NCBI GenBank assembly: GCA_965201075.1
Contig: CBDAVP010000004.1
Span: 1 to 64,000, forward strand
DNA length: 64,000 bases
Direction of reading: 5' to 3'
Source: Isosphaeraceae bacterium
Lineage (GTDB): Bacteria > Planctomycetota > Planctomycetia > Isosphaerales > Isosphaeraceae
A program made the translations under genes and the position numbers. The notes under the pieces were generated by a model. The model was not told the origin of the DNA and did not search any database. It saw nothing but the letters and a program-made list of their open reading frames with translations. Positions 1-10,531 of the stretch are shown here, piece after piece (positions within the stretch are counted from its first letter, which is position 1; each line of letters opens with the position of its first letter).

Positions 1-3
1 ACC

Positions 4-819
4 ATGCAGAAGATCCGCGGACTGGGAAGCTGTGATCTGACCCCCGATTTGTTGTTGGAGATCCATCGCGCGGTGACCTTACGGACCCTCGAAGACCCCT
101 CCGGGGCGGGGCGATTCCGGCGGGCTGAGGAGTCGATCGTCGTGGTGAGCGAGGAGGGCGAAGTTTTCCACACGCCCCCGCCCGCGGAGCAATTGCCCGA
201 TCGGGTCACGCGGATGTGCGAGTTCGCCAACGGCGGCCAGACTGGTCCGTTTGTCCACCCCCTGGTCCGGTCGATTGCTCTCCACTTCTGGCTGGCTTAC
301 GACCATCCGTTCATTGACGGAAACGGTCGAACGGCTCGCGCCCTTTTCTACTGGTCCGTCCTCAGACATGGGTACTGGCTCTTGGAGTTCGTGTCGATTT
401 CCAAGATCATCCTCGGGGCTCGCACCCGATACGGGCGGGCCTTCCTCTACACCGAGACCGATGCCAACGATCTAACTTACTTCTTAATCTATCATTTCGA
501 TATCATACGGCGAGCCCTGGACGACCTGAGCGACTACCTGAATCGTAGGGGCGACCAGCTTCGCCAGATCGACGATCAATTGAGGGGATACCCCACCCTG
601 AATCACCGACAGCGCGAGCTACTTGGGAAAGCCATCCGGCATCCTGGCCAGCGTTATTCGATCGAGGCCCATAAAAACACCCATGACGTCGTCTATCAAA
701 CCGCACGAACCGACCTCCTGGGTCTGGTTGAACTGAAATTGCTGACCAAGTCCAAAATTGGAAAATCCTTCTACTTCGTACCGGCCACTGATCTGGAGCG
801 AAGGTTGCGTAAGCCTTGA
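4..819 (+). CDS. Fic family protein with C-terminal winged-helix; probably 5'-truncated by the window edge
   Basis: Canonical Fic motif HPFIDGNGRTAR; C-terminal YQTARTDLLGLVELKLL wHTH-like segment; frame open to position 1. Confidence 0.9.
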   Translation: MQKIRGLGSCDLTPDLLLEIHRAVTLRTLEDPSGAGRFRRAEESIVVVSEEGEVFHTPPPAEQLPDRVTRMCEFANGGQTGPFVHPLVRSIALHFWLAYDHPFIDGNGRTARALFYWSVLRHGYWLLEFVSISKIILGARTRYGRAFLYTETDANDLTYFLIYHFDIIRRALDDLSDYLNRRGDQLRQIDDQLRGYPTLNHRQRELLGKAIRHPGQRYSIEAHKNTHDVVYQTARTDLLGLVELKLLTKSKIGKSFYFVPATDLERRLRKP

Positions 820-1016
820 GGAACCCTACGACGTCGGGCAGCCATCGAAAACGAATTCCGGGAGCGGCTGGCGATTACGGCAAGGATTTGGCGCGGAGAT
901 TTGGCGCGACGGCTGGCTTTGGTCGGTTGCGGGAGATATACTGGTGGACGTAAGCTCGGGAATCCCCGTCCCCTCCCGGCCATCAGTTTCGGCCGGCCCC
1001 AGGCAGGAGAGGTCCG

Positions 1017-1559
1017 ATGTCCACCGCCGGCAAGGTTCTGGTCGTCCTGGTGACGCTGGCTTTGATGGGCTGGATCGTCCTGTTCTCGGCGGTTGCCCAG
1101 CGCAACACCAACTGGGGCAAGAGCTTGCAAGCCCTGGAGGTTAAGGCCGAGGATGTCGCGAAGAAGGCCGATGCCCAGGAAATTTCGCTGGAAAAGACCA
1201 AGGTTGACACCACTTTGATTCGCTCTCGGCAGGAGAAGGATGCGGTGGTTTTGCGGGGTCGGCTGTCGGACGCGGAGAAGGAGCTTTCGTTGGCCAATGA
1301 GACCAACTCGCGATACAAGATCGATCGTGAGGCCGTAGACGCCGCGGCCGAGGACGCCAACGCGACTCGCGAGCGCTGGGAGGCCGACGTCGCGGCGTTG
1401 AAGCGCCAACTGGCGGATGTGCAGGCCGTGGTTGGCAAGTTCAAGGCCGAGAATGCGGCTTTGGCGGGCACTTATGGCGGCCTCCAAGGGGAATTCATCA
1501 AGGTCAAGGGAGAGACCGACCAGGCGGCCAAGTCCAGCGTGAAGCCGCGGACGCGTTGA
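1017..1559 (+). CDS. Hypothetical membrane-anchored coiled-coil protein
   Basis: N-terminal hydrophobic helix then heptad-rich charged helix; AGGAGAGG RBS upstream. Confidence 0.7.
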   Translation: MSTAGKVLVVLVTLALMGWIVLFSAVAQRNTNWGKSLQALEVKAEDVAKKADAQEISLEKTKVDTTLIRSRQEKDAVVLRGRLSDAEKELSLANETNSRYKIDREAVDAAAEDANATRERWEADVAALKRQLADVQAVVGKFKAENAALAGTYGGLQGEFIKVKGETDQAAKSSVKPRTR

Positions 1560-1587
1560 GGCGTCATTTCGGACCGTTTGCCGCGAA

Positions 1588-2625
1588 TTGACAGTGACGA
1601 GGCCGCCCGCCACGATGGGTCGGTCGTCCGCGGAAATCCCGCGGCCAGGGTGTGGGCCGGGGCCAGTGGGCATGGACAAGGTGGGCATCGAGCGGACGCC
1701 GACGGGTCGACCCTGGGCGGGGGTTGCCGCCAATGCCCACTCGGGACGGGGGTCGAGCCGGGCGCGGGTTGAGCGGTTGGTTCAGGGCCTGTCCAGTCGC
1801 GGGGTTGAGGCTCGGATCGCCTGGACGGTCGCCGAGCGTTCGGAGTTGGTGGCCCAGGCGGGCCGCGACCCGGAGTGCCGGTGCCTGGTCGCCGCTGGGG
1901 GGGATGGGACTGTCTCGGCCCTGATCAACGAGCGGCCGCGGGTGCCGGTGACGGTGCTTCCGGCGGGGACCGAGAACCTGTTCGCCCAGCATTTCGGCGT
2001 CGGCAAGTCTCCGTCGCGAGTCGCCGAGACGGTGGCCGCCGGTCGGGTCGCGGCGATCGACCTGGGGGTGGCGGCGGGCCGACGGTTTGCTTTGATGGCG
2101 GGGATCGGGTTCGACGCCGACGTGGTGACCCGCCACCACCTCGCTCGGGTCGGGCAGACCGGGCGGATGCGTCGGACCCATCGGGCTGCCTATGTCGAGC
2201 CGGTGCTTCGGGCGAGCTTGGGCTACCGATTTCCGGCCTTGACGGTGAGCGCCGAGGGCCCCTCGGGGGTTGAGTCGCTGGTGGGAGCCACGGCGTTCGT
2301 CTTCAACTTGCCGAGATACGCCCTGGGGCTGCCGTTTGCCCCCCAGGCGCTTCAGGATGACGGTTTGCTGGACCTTTTGGTATTTCACAAGCCTGGTCCC
2401 TTGAACTGTTTGCGGTATTTATGGCTGGTGGCGAGGGGTCGGCATCTGGATCGGCCGGGGGTGGAGCATCGACGGGTGCGGCGGGTTTCGGTGGCGTGCT
2501 CGGGAGTGGTCCCAGTGCAACTGGATGGGGACCCCGGGGGGTTGATTGTTCCGCAGGCCGATGGTTCGCCGTGGTCGGTGGAGGTTTTGCCGAGGGCCTT
2601 GGACGTCTTGATGCCGCCGAGTTGA
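1588..2625 (+). CDS. Diacylglycerol kinase family lipid kinase (true start possibly 1672)
   Basis: AAGGDGTV, LPAGTENLFA, GIGFDA and QLDGD motifs. Confidence 0.85.
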   Translation: MTVTRPPATMGRSSAEIPRPGCGPGPVGMDKVGIERTPTGRPWAGVAANAHSGRGSSRARVERLVQGLSSRGVEARIAWTVAERSELVAQAGRDPECRCLVAAGGDGTVSALINERPRVPVTVLPAGTENLFAQHFGVGKSPSRVAETVAAGRVAAIDLGVAAGRRFALMAGIGFDADVVTRHHLARVGQTGRMRRTHRAAYVEPVLRASLGYRFPALTVSAEGPSGVESLVGATAFVFNLPRYALGLPFAPQALQDDGLLDLLVFHKPGPLNCLRYLWLVARGRHLDRPGVEHRRVRRVSVACSGVVPVQLDGDPGGLIVPQADGSPWSVEVLPRALDVLMPPS

Positions 2626-2705
2626 GCGCTGGAAGGTTGGGGCCGGGATGGACCCATGGGCGGGCCGTGGTATTCTGAAGCGCCTCATTACGGCGATCCA
2701 GATGG

Positions 2706-3095
2706 GTGAGGGCCGGGGTCCTTGGCGTGGGTTACGACCTTTACGGCGCTGGTGGTTACCATCGTTGGACCAACTTCGGCTGGGGCGATATCTTGACCCT
2801 GGGGGAGATTTACGGCTGGCAGCCGATGGGGACGGGTCCCCCTCCGCATACCCTCAAGGCGGATTGGTTTCCGGGGTCTTATTTCGGCTACGAAGGGCAA
2901 CTGTTCTATGCCAAGGACGCCAAGAACCTGGCGGACGCCCTGGCCGAAGCCGCCGAGCGGATGCCGGTGAAGCGGCCCCGTAAGATCCGGCCCGTGGACA
3001 TCCGGGAATATGAGGCGATCGCCTCGCCCGAGGGTCGAGCCTTGCTGCGTGAGTTCGTCGAATTTTGCCGGGCCGGCAGCTTCCGCATCTACTGA
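2706..3095 (+). CDS. Hypothetical protein
   Basis: Protein-like composition, fills the gap between the kinase and kdsA in the same orientation. Confidence 0.6.
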   Translation: MRAGVLGVGYDLYGAGGYHRWTNFGWGDILTLGEIYGWQPMGTGPPPHTLKADWFPGSYFGYEGQLFYAKDAKNLADALAEAAERMPVKRPRKIRPVDIREYEAIASPEGRALLREFVEFCRAGSFRIY

Positions 3096-3139
3096 TTGAT
3101 CCCATTTCGGCGCGGACCTTTCCAGGAGCCCGTGAACAC

Positions 3140-3973
3140 ATGGATGTTTCCAACCCCGTGGTCGTGGGTTCGACGGTGATTGGCCGTGGTCGCCCCCTGG
3201 CGCTGATCTGCGGCCCTTGCGTGATGGAGCCGAACGACCTGACGCTGGTGATTGCTCGGCGGTTGCAGGCGATTTGCGGCGAATTGGGGATTCCCCTGGT
3301 GTTCAAGGCGTCGTTCGACAAGGCGAATCGGACATCGAAGTCGAGTTATCGGGGGCTTGGGCTGGAGGAGGGATTGCGGGTTTTTGAGCGGGTGAAGGCC
3401 GAGACGGGGTTGCCGGTGACGACCGACGCGCATGAGTCTCAGCAGGCAGCGCCCCTGGCGGAAGTGGTGGACCTGTTGCAGATTCCGGCGTTTCTGGCGA
3501 GACAGACGAGCTTGCTGGAGGCGTCGGCGGCGACGGGCCGGCCGGTGAACGTCAAGAAGGGGCAGTTCATGGCTCCCTGGGATATGAACCACGTCGTCGA
3601 GAAGCTGGCGGGGTCCGGGGCGAAGGGGATTTTGTTGACCGAGCGGGGGACGACCTTCGGCTATGGGCGGCTGGTGAATGATTTCCGGGCGATCCCCCAG
3701 ATGCAGGCGACCGGGGCGCCGGTGGTCTTCGACGCGACGCATTCGGTGCAGTTGCCCAGCGCCGGGGCCGGGGTGTCGTCGGGGGAGCGCGAGATGGTCC
3801 CGTATCTGGCCAAGGCCGCCGTTGCCGCCGGTTGCGATGCCCTGTTCCTGGAGGTGCATCCCCGTCCCGAGGAGGCGCTTTCGGATGGACCCAACGCCCT
3901 GCGGCTGGACGACCTGCCGGGCTTGCTGCGGACTTGCTTGCGGATTCGCGAGGCGATCGCCTTGAGGGATTGA
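3140..3973 (+). CDS. kdsA: 3-deoxy-8-phosphooctulonate (KDO8P) synthase
   Basis: [40 protein letters not shown] motifs. Confidence 0.95.
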   Translation: MDVSNPVVVGSTVIGRGRPLALICGPCVMEPNDLTLVIARRLQAICGELGIPLVFKASFDKANRTSKSSYRGLGLEEGLRVFERVKAETGLPVTTDAHESQQAAPLAEVVDLLQIPAFLARQTSLLEASAATGRPVNVKKGQFMAPWDMNHVVEKLAGSGAKGILLTERGTTFGYGRLVNDFRAIPQMQATGAPVVFDATHSVQLPSAGAGVSSGEREMVPYLAKAAVAAGCDALFLEVHPRPEEALSDGPNALRLDDLPGLLRTCLRIREAIALRD

Positions 3974-4116
3974 CTGGGGCGGTCGATTCCCCGGGTCGAG
4001 CGGGCAATTGTCGCGACGGGTCGAGTCGGTTGGGGCGAGGCGAGGGCGTGGGGGGGCCTGGGGACCTTTTCTTTGGCCCTGAGGGTTGGTGAATTGTCAA
4101 AGAGCGGTTGAGGACG

Positions 4117-5118
4117 TCAGGCGCGGCGTCGTTGGCGTTTGGAGCGGGATTCGGGCGGTTTGGAGATTTGGGGTTTCGGGTTGGGAGGATCGTTGAGGGC
4201 CGGTGCGACCGGCGAGGGGCGGGGCGCGGACCAGGATGGGGTCGCGGCGACCGAAGGGGGCTGGGGTTCGCGAGGCGCGGGGGGTTCGGCCGAACTGGTC
4301 CGGTTGGGTTGGTACGGAATGTCGTTCTTCCATTCGCCGGGGATGTAGGCGGGCAGGTCGTTTCGGTCGATGGGGCGGGGATCGGGGCGGGAGGTCTTGA
4401 ACTGGGAGCGAGTCCAGGCCAGGCGGCGTTCGGCCTGGCGCTGGACCTTGCGGACGGTGGCGACTTCGGGGGGTTCAGGGCCGAGGCCGAGGGTGAGCGC
4501 GTGGCGCATCCGTTCGTCGAGCGGTTGCAGCAGGGCGGCGAGTTCCTTGTGACGTTGGATCTCGGTTTCGGCCATCCGTCGAAGGTGTTCCTGGAGCGTT
4601 TCGGGGTCGTCATCGGGCGGGTCGAGGGGCGTTACGCCGTCTCGGAGGTCGGGCGGGACGTTGAGGAGGTTCATCGCCTGGTGGCGTTGGGACTCGGTCC
4701 AGCTTCCTCGCTTTTCGAGGGTTTGGTGGAGCCATTCCCAGCGGCGGGCGATGACCAGGCACCCCTGGGCGAATTTGCGGAGGGAGGCCAGGGCACGAGC
4801 GGGGTGGCGGGACAGTCCGGAGGCGAGGAGCTCGGCGTGGTCGCGCTGTTGTTGTTCGAAAACAACGGCGATGCGCTGGGCATGGTCGTGTCTCAGGACG
4901 ATCTGCGTCTGGTGGAGGCGTTCGATTTCCAACGTGTTGCGAGCGACTTCGTGAACGAGCCAGGTTTCGTAGATGTCGAAGGGTTTGAGGGAGGAGGTCC
5001 AGAAATCGATGCGGTCGTTGAGAGCGTCGGCCTCGTGTTCGGGGGGAACGATGGTCAGGCCGTGGAGGAGCGGGCGGGGGGTGGTGTGGATTTCGGGGGC
5101 GGCGTTGGGAATGGTCAT
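4117..5118 (-). CDS. Hypothetical protein with Pro-rich C-terminus, resembling a paralogous planctomycete family
   Basis: ORF 4117..5208, likely ATG at 5118; helical core with LHGLT motif. Confidence 0.6.
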   Translation of the reverse strand: MTIPNAAPEIHTTPRPLLHGLTIVPPEHEADALNDRIDFWTSSLKPFDIYETWLVHEVARNTLEIERLHQTQIVLRHDHAQRIAVVFEQQQRDHAELLASGLSRHPARALASLRKFAQGCLVIARRWEWLHQTLEKRGSWTESQRHQAMNLLNVPPDLRDGVTPLDPPDDDPETLQEHLRRMAETEIQRHKELAALLQPLDERMRHALTLGLGPEPPEVATVRKVQRQAERRLAWTRSQFKTSRPDPRPIDRNDLPAYIPGEWKNDIPYQPNRTSSAEPPAPREPQPPSVAATPSWSAPRPSPVAPALNDPPNPKPQISKPPESRSKRQRRRA

Positions 5119-5425
5119 GGTGTGAGTCTTTTGGTGCGGGTGCCAGGTGCGCTGAAGCGAGGGGGGTGGTGCGGTTTTCTTCCCCCCGTCTTTCACTATC
5201 GCGACCAAGGGCGGAAATGGTGACGACCATTTCCAAATTTTGTTGAGGCGTTGCGGTGATAGGGCGCGGACTGGTTGCGCTTTCCCTTTTTTGGTTTCGA
5301 CCGGCAGAACCGTCGCTGGACGTCTGCCCGTTAAATTAACCTGATGTTGGTCAATAATGGCGCCGATAAATCAAGCGATTGTTTGGCTGTGTCCATGCCG
5401 CTGTCGCGACTTTGGGAGACCGTGG

Positions 5426-6757
5426 ATGAACACGGCCGTAACGCCTGCTCGGGCCGATGGTCAACCGGCGGCTCGGTTTCGGACCGATGACCCGAGGCGG
5501 AAGGATGCGGGTGGGGCGTTCCGGCTGGATGGCCTGGATGCTCTGAGGGCGGGGACGATGCTTTTGGTCGTCGCGCTTCATGCCGGATTGGCGTACAACC
5601 CGACGCCGATCCGCAACCTCATCTGGGCGGTCCATGACCCGGGGGGGACCCGGGGATTTGACGTTCTTTGCTGGTGGCTGCTGGGGATCTCCTCGCCCTT
5701 CTTCCTCATGAGCGGGTTTTTCGCCGCCTCGCTGCACGAGGCCCGCGGGCATTCCGCGTTCCTGGTTGGCCGTTGCAAGCGGATTGGTGTTCCGTTCCTG
5801 GTCGCCTGCCTCACGTTCTTACCGGCCACCTTCTATGTCTGGGCCTGCGGGTGGCTGGCGTCTGGCCAGTGCAGTCTGCGAGAGATGGAGCGGATGAAGT
5901 TCCGGGGCAAAGGGTTACAGCATAACCTTTACGGCCCGGCGCACCTCTGGTCGCTGGAATATCTGATTTTGTTCCTGGCGGCCTTCTGGTTGTTCCTGAG
6001 CTTGCCGAAGTCGTGGCGGTCGTGGCGACCCCCGGGTTCGTCGGCGTGGGGGCGGGCTTTGGCGTCGAAGTGGCGGCCGTTGCTGACGGCGATCCCGACG
6101 ACCCTGGTCCTCTGGGCGGGGCATCGCCATGTTGGGCTGGACGCGATCATGGATCGGCAGAATTCGTTCACGCCGGAACCTTACCGGTTGCTGCATAACG
6201 CCATCTTCTTCGTCGTGGGAGTCGGGATGTATCACGCCCGGGGGGACCTGGCGCGGCTGGCGTCCTGGGGTTGGGCTTATCTGGCGCTGTCGGTACCGGC
6301 CTTCGCCTGCCGGGCCTGGTTGGTCCGGGGCGATCTGGCGAGGCCGCTCGATGGCTGGGCCGAGGTCGCTCTGTCGGTCATGGGGGCGTTGTTTGTCTGG
6401 CTGACGACCTTCGGACTCATGGGCGTGGCCCTGACCCCGGCGCTGAACCGGTCGAGGCCGGCGGTCCGCTACCTGGCCGATAGTTCGTACTGGGTCTACC
6501 TTTTGCACTTGCCGGTGATTGGCCTGATGCAGGTGGGGTTGTTGGGGGTGGAGGTTCCGGCCATCCTGAAGTTCGTGGCTGTGTTGAGCGTGACCGTGGG
6601 TCTTGGTCTGGGGAGCTATCAGGCGATGGTCCGGCATACGATTGTCGGCCACTGGATGCACGGTCGCCGAGAGCGGGTCATCCCGGCCCACCGGCAGCCT
6701 CTGGGGACTCATCGAGCCCGGGGCCTCAGGGGGCGTTCGGGGAGGGTTCAGGTATGA
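5426..6757 (+). CDS. Acyltransferase family 3 (OpgC/MdoC-like) membrane protein
   Basis: GLDALRA...VALHAG, FFLMSGFF, HLWSL, YLADSSYWVYLLHLP; many TM helices. Confidence 0.85.
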   Translation: MNTAVTPARADGQPAARFRTDDPRRKDAGGAFRLDGLDALRAGTMLLVVALHAGLAYNPTPIRNLIWAVHDPGGTRGFDVLCWWLLGISSPFFLMSGFFAASLHEARGHSAFLVGRCKRIGVPFLVACLTFLPATFYVWACGWLASGQCSLREMERMKFRGKGLQHNLYGPAHLWSLEYLILFLAAFWLFLSLPKSWRSWRPPGSSAWGRALASKWRPLLTAIPTTLVLWAGHRHVGLDAIMDRQNSFTPEPYRLLHNAIFFVVGVGMYHARGDLARLASWGWAYLALSVPAFACRAWLVRGDLARPLDGWAEVALSVMGALFVWLTTFGLMGVALTPALNRSRPAVRYLADSSYWVYLLHLPVIGLMQVGLLGVEVPAILKFVAVLSVTVGLGLGSYQAMVRHTIVGHWMHGRRERVIPAHRQPLGTHRARGLRGRSGRVQV

Positions 6758-7395
6758 TGATCCGACGACTCGGGCCGACGATGGCCGGGCTTCTGCTTGG
6801 TGGGGCTTTGCTGGTGACGGGCTGCTCTCGGCATGGCAACCCCGCTCAGGATGCGGCGGTGGCGAAGGTTCAGGCCCTGGGGGGGTCCAGCCGCCAGGAT
6901 GAGACCCTGGATGGCGACCCCGTGGTCGCGGTTGACCTTACCGGCTCTCGCGTGACCGACGACGAGCTGGCCGCCTTGCTTGGCGGGTTGGGCGGCCTTC
7001 AGGAACTCAAGCTCAAGGGGACGGCGATCACCGACGCCGGGCTCGGGCGACTCTCGGCGGCCGCGCCTCGCCTGCGAGTGCTGGATTTGGACGACACGAA
7101 AATCGGCGACGCGGGGCTGAATCAACTGCTCTCGCTGGTCAAGTTGAGAGCCCTTTACCTGGGGCGAACGTCCGTTGGAGATGTCGGCATGGTCTCGCTG
7201 GGCAAGCTGACGAAGCTCCTGGACCTGGGCCTGGGGGGAACCCGTGTCACCGACGCGGGGGTGGCCCATCTGTTCGGCCTGGGCGACTTGAGGACCCTGG
7301 ACCTCCGGGGGACGGGCCTCACTCCGCACGGTCTCGCCGAGGTCCGCAAGGCGTTGCCCCACGCGAAGGTCAGGCTCGCCGGCGAGGGAAGCTAG
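6754..7395 (+). CDS. Leucine-rich repeat lipoprotein
   Basis: Lipobox LVTGC; repeated LxxLxLxGTxITDAGL units. Confidence 0.85.
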   Translation: MMIRRLGPTMAGLLLGGALLVTGCSRHGNPAQDAAVAKVQALGGSSRQDETLDGDPVVAVDLTGSRVTDDELAALLGGLGGLQELKLKGTAITDAGLGRLSAAAPRLRVLDLDDTKIGDAGLNQLLSLVKLRALYLGRTSVGDVGMVSLGKLTKLLDLGLGGTRVTDAGVAHLFGLGDLRTLDLRGTGLTPHGLAEVRKALPHAKVRLAGEGS

Positions 7396-7651
7396 CTGCG
7401 CATGTTGAAATGATCTCTTTTTCCCGATCCAGAGACAATCGCGGCAACGCGACGTATGGGTACTGGTGAGTCTCGCCCATCAGGGCGGATCGTCCGACCT
7501 CCCCGAGAGACATCGAGGTGTCTCGGGGTCGTTGGCGTTTTGGCTTTGCCCGGCGAACCTTGCGTTCGCGAGCTTTCCCCCCCGGCCCATCGCCAGTTGA
7601 ATGCTTCACGGGACCGACCGTGCATTCGACTCCACCTGGAGCTTTTCCCTC

Positions 7652-8308
7652 ATGCGATTGCTTGCAGTCTTGACTGGCCTTGCCACGCTCGTCCTGGGGT
7701 CGTCCCAGGCGGCCGAGGCAAGCCTTGTCACTCGCAACGTCAATGTGACGCTCAATGCGGCGAACTTTGAGTCGTACAACCTGGACCTTGACCTCAACGG
7801 CACCAGCGACTTCACCTTCACCGCCGCGTTTGTCCCGGACCCGGTCCTCTCGGTCGGCTTCGACACGATCGACGTGCCCCGCAGCAACTCCTTCGACAAC
7901 GCCGTGGTCGTTGAGAAGACGACGGGCGATGGCTTCCCCACCGCAAGTCTCCTGACGCCGGGGGCCACGGTCTCCGACTCCAGTACCTTCTCCTTCCCCT
8001 TCGACCAGAGCAACCTTTACTACAACATCACGATCGAGCCGCCGACGGGCAACTTCGAGGGCCGGACGGGTTTCGTCGGGCTGCGATTCGACCGTGGCGA
8101 CGACATCCTGTACGGCTTCGCCCAGATCACGGTCAACCCCCTGGACGACCCGCTCGATCCCCTGGGCCTGACGATTGGACTCGTGGGGTACAACGACGTG
8201 GCGGGCCAGGCGGTGCAGGTCGTTCCCGAGCCCAGCTCGCTGGCCTTGACCTGCCTCGGCGGTTTCGGCGTGCTGGGCCTGGCGCATCGGCGGCGGTCAC
8301 GCGGCTGA
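7652..8308 (+). CDS. PEP-CTERM sorting domain protein
   Basis: Signal peptide; C-terminal VPEPSSLAL + TM + RRRSR. Confidence 0.9.
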   Translation: MRLLAVLTGLATLVLGSSQAAEASLVTRNVNVTLNAANFESYNLDLDLNGTSDFTFTAAFVPDPVLSVGFDTIDVPRSNSFDNAVVVEKTTGDGFPTASLLTPGATVSDSSTFSFPFDQSNLYYNITIEPPTGNFEGRTGFVGLRFDRGDDILYGFAQITVNPLDDPLDPLGLTIGLVGYNDVAGQAVQVVPEPSSLALTCLGGFGVLGLAHRRRSRG

Positions 8309-8343
8309 TCGGCAATGTCCGGTTCCTTTCACGCCGGATACGC

Positions 8344-8373
8344 CCTGGCGCATTCTCATGAGGATGCGCCAGG
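8344..8373. terminator. Palindromic hairpin between convergent genes, likely bidirectional terminator
   Basis: cctggcgcattctcatgaggatgcgccagg is a near-perfect inverted repeat. Confidence 0.55.
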
Positions 8374-8461
8374 TTAGGTTGAGGGGCAGTACGGATGAGG
8401 GGTCATTCTGCTTCTGAGCCGAGAAACGTGGTATGACCCCGATCGTGCCGCGGAAACCGGT

Positions 8462-8914
8462 TTACTGGCGGATGATTGGGACTTTCTGGATTGCCTGATC
8501 GATGATGCCCAGCCGGCTGTTCGTCTCCGCGAGCTTGGCGTTGGTGCGGCCTAGATCTTTGTTGGTGGCGTCGAGACTGGTCATTGCCTGCCCGATCTTG
8601 CCGGTAGCGTCCTTCATGCCGCCGACCGCCTGGGCGATGCCCTGGTTCGCCTGATCGAATTTGCCGTTGGTCTGGACAATGGCCTGGTTGGCCTCTTGCA
8701 GCTTGCCGCTGACGTCCGCCATCTGGTGGGTGGCGTCGGCAAGCTGGCCCTTCATCTCCGCGAGCTGGCGGTTGGCGGTGACGATCTCGGCGTTGGCCGT
8801 GGCAAGCTGCGCGTTCGCCGTCCCCAGTCGATCGAGGGCGGTGTCGACTCGGTCGACCATGGAGCAGCCAGTGGTGGCGAGCAAGATTGTTGCGGCGAGG
8901 ACGTGATTTCGCAT
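8462..8914 (-). CDS. Coiled-coil lipoprotein with 7-residue repeats
   Basis: Lipobox TTGC after hydrophobic leader; repeats such as LATANAE/IVTANRQ/LAETNSR. Confidence 0.75.
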   Translation of the reverse strand: MRNHVLAATILLATTGCSMVDRVDTALDRLGTANAQLATANAEIVTANRQLAEMKGQLADATHQMADVSGKLQEANQAIVQTNGKFDQANQGIAQAVGGMKDATGKIGQAMTSLDATNKDLGRTNAKLAETNSRLGIIDQAIQKVPIIRQ

Positions 8915-9090
8915 GGCGATCATCCTTGATCGATGGGGGGAGGGAATTCCTGTTAGAACGACCGGCCGTTGGGGCAAATCGCATGCCGTCAGAATTGCGA
9001 AACAAAGGATGTGGAAGGTGCATTTTTTCTAAACTAGGGGAAATAGGCTAACTGGAGAAATTCAGGAATCGAATTCCCAGCACCCTCCCC

Positions 9091-9118
9091 GGAAAATTGA
9101 ACTGACACCAATCGTGTT
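9091..9118 (+). repeat. REP-like motif copy (GGAAAATTGAACTGACACCAATCGTGTT)
   Basis: 26/28 identical to 17261..17288; reverse complement of the tandem copies at 20358..20446. Confidence 0.8.
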
Positions 9119-9208
9119 AGGCACGAGATTTGTGCGGTGGTTCGAGCCGCATTTTCATGTCTACCGGCGACTTCCGCCAGATGGATTTGTTGGGCAGACT
9201 GTCCTGGC

Positions 9209-9425
9209 ATGCAACCATGCCAAGGGGGCGGTGATGCTCCTCGGCGGCTCACTGGGTTGAAGACCCTGGGACGCCTCCGCGACCTCTTCGCCCATCTCCA
9301 CGACCAGGGCTGTGCTGGCGCCAAGGCCGGCAACCGCACCCTCCACTTCGATCAGCTGGGCAGCCTCGTCATGGTCGCCCTGTTCAACCCCATTGCCCGA
9401 GGCATCCGTGCCCTCTCCCAACTCA
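9209..9425 (+). pseudogene. IS4-family transposase N-terminal remnant (planctomycete type), truncated by an IS5 remnant
   Basis: LTGLKTLGRLRDLFAHLHDQGC...KAGNRTLHFDQ...LFNP resembles the N-termini of planctomycete IS4 transposases; similarity ends at ~9425. Confidence 0.6.
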
Positions 9426-9750
9426 GAGCCTGTCTCACAAGGGAGGAGATCACGCCACTTGGCGGTAGCGAAACTCGGGGTCGATCCCGTCAGGTCGGAG
9501 ACGGGGCAGCATCAATTGGATCATCGCCAACTTGACGAACGACTCCGAGGACCCGACGGTCTTCTCCCGATCCTTGCTCAACCGTCGGCACCGACCCAGC
9601 CAGGCGAGGGTCCGCTCCACCGTCCAGCGGATCGGCAACTTCACCCAGCCCTTCTTCCCCTCCGGCCGGCTGATGATGGTCATCTCGTACTCGGCATTCT
9701 CCTCGACCACGTATTCGAAGGAGCGGCAACCCTCGTTGCCTAGGAGGCAA
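9426..9750 (-). mobile_element. IS5-family transposase C-terminal remnant with probable terminal repeat
   Basis: KGWVKLPIRWTVERTLAWLGRCRRLSKDRE is the IS5 C-terminal signature; gagcctgtctc end just beyond the stop. Confidence 0.8.
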
Positions 9751-9894
9751 TGGAGCGTGTAGACCGCATGGTTGGCGGGCCCCGCATGGGCCTTGTAGGG
9801 CGAGCCGGGATCGGGAAGATCGACGTCGCCAACCTCGCCAACTACCGAGGCGTTGTCGTCGTCGCCCAGAATCTCGTTTAAATGACTATCTGCC

Positions 9895-10460
9895 CTATCC
9901 CCGCTCCCGCTCGCGTTGGATTTCGATAGCACCCGCCGCCTTCTCACGCAACTGTCTAAAAGCCTCCCTCATCTTCTCGCTCAGCCGTGGCAGACCCTTC
10001 CGCTTCTTCGGCTTCGGCTTTGGTTGCCCTAGAAGTTCCGTTGCCGACTTCCTCGGATCGGCCCGCTGGACCGCCTCACGTAGCTCCTCCGGCTTGATGT
10101 CGGAGTAGATCGTCGCCTGGTCGCGGCCTCGGCTGACCGAGACGTAGAACTGCTAGGTGGAAATCGCCGGGCGAGACTCGCTGCCGATGGCGATCAGCAC
10201 GCGGTCGACGGTCTTGCCCTGGCTCGCGTGGGACGTGGTCACGTAGCCGTGCGTTAGGTGGCGAAAATCCGCCCCGATCGTCCAGCCGTTGATTCGTGCG
10301 ACGTTCCCTTTGTCATCCACACTGGCAACTCGATACATTGATCCGTTGTTGAGCTTATGCTTTTCGTCCGCAGCCTTGCCGTTCGCGGTGATTCGGTTCT
10401 CGTCTCCGGCGGAGAGTTGAATGCCTGTTCGAGCGAAGACACTGAAATGCTGAGGTCGAC
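9895..10460 (-). pseudogene. MobF/TrwC-type relaxase-helicase C-terminal remnant with internal stop
   Basis: RITANGK..KHKLNNGS..HLTHGYVTTSHASQGKTVDRV..*QFYVSVSRGR (SF1 helicase motifs V/VI); in-frame TAG at 10153..10155. Confidence 0.8.
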
Positions 10461-10531
10461 TCAGTGCTCCTCCAACTGGGAAATCCGCGATTCGAAGGCC
10501 GTCGCCGGTGGGTCATGGTCGCGTGGCCGGC

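Noticed and set aside
9450..9947. 165-aa ORF as an intact IS5 transposase
   Set aside because: Only the last ~85 aa resemble IS5; the N-terminal part is chimeric and the catalytic N-terminal region is missing
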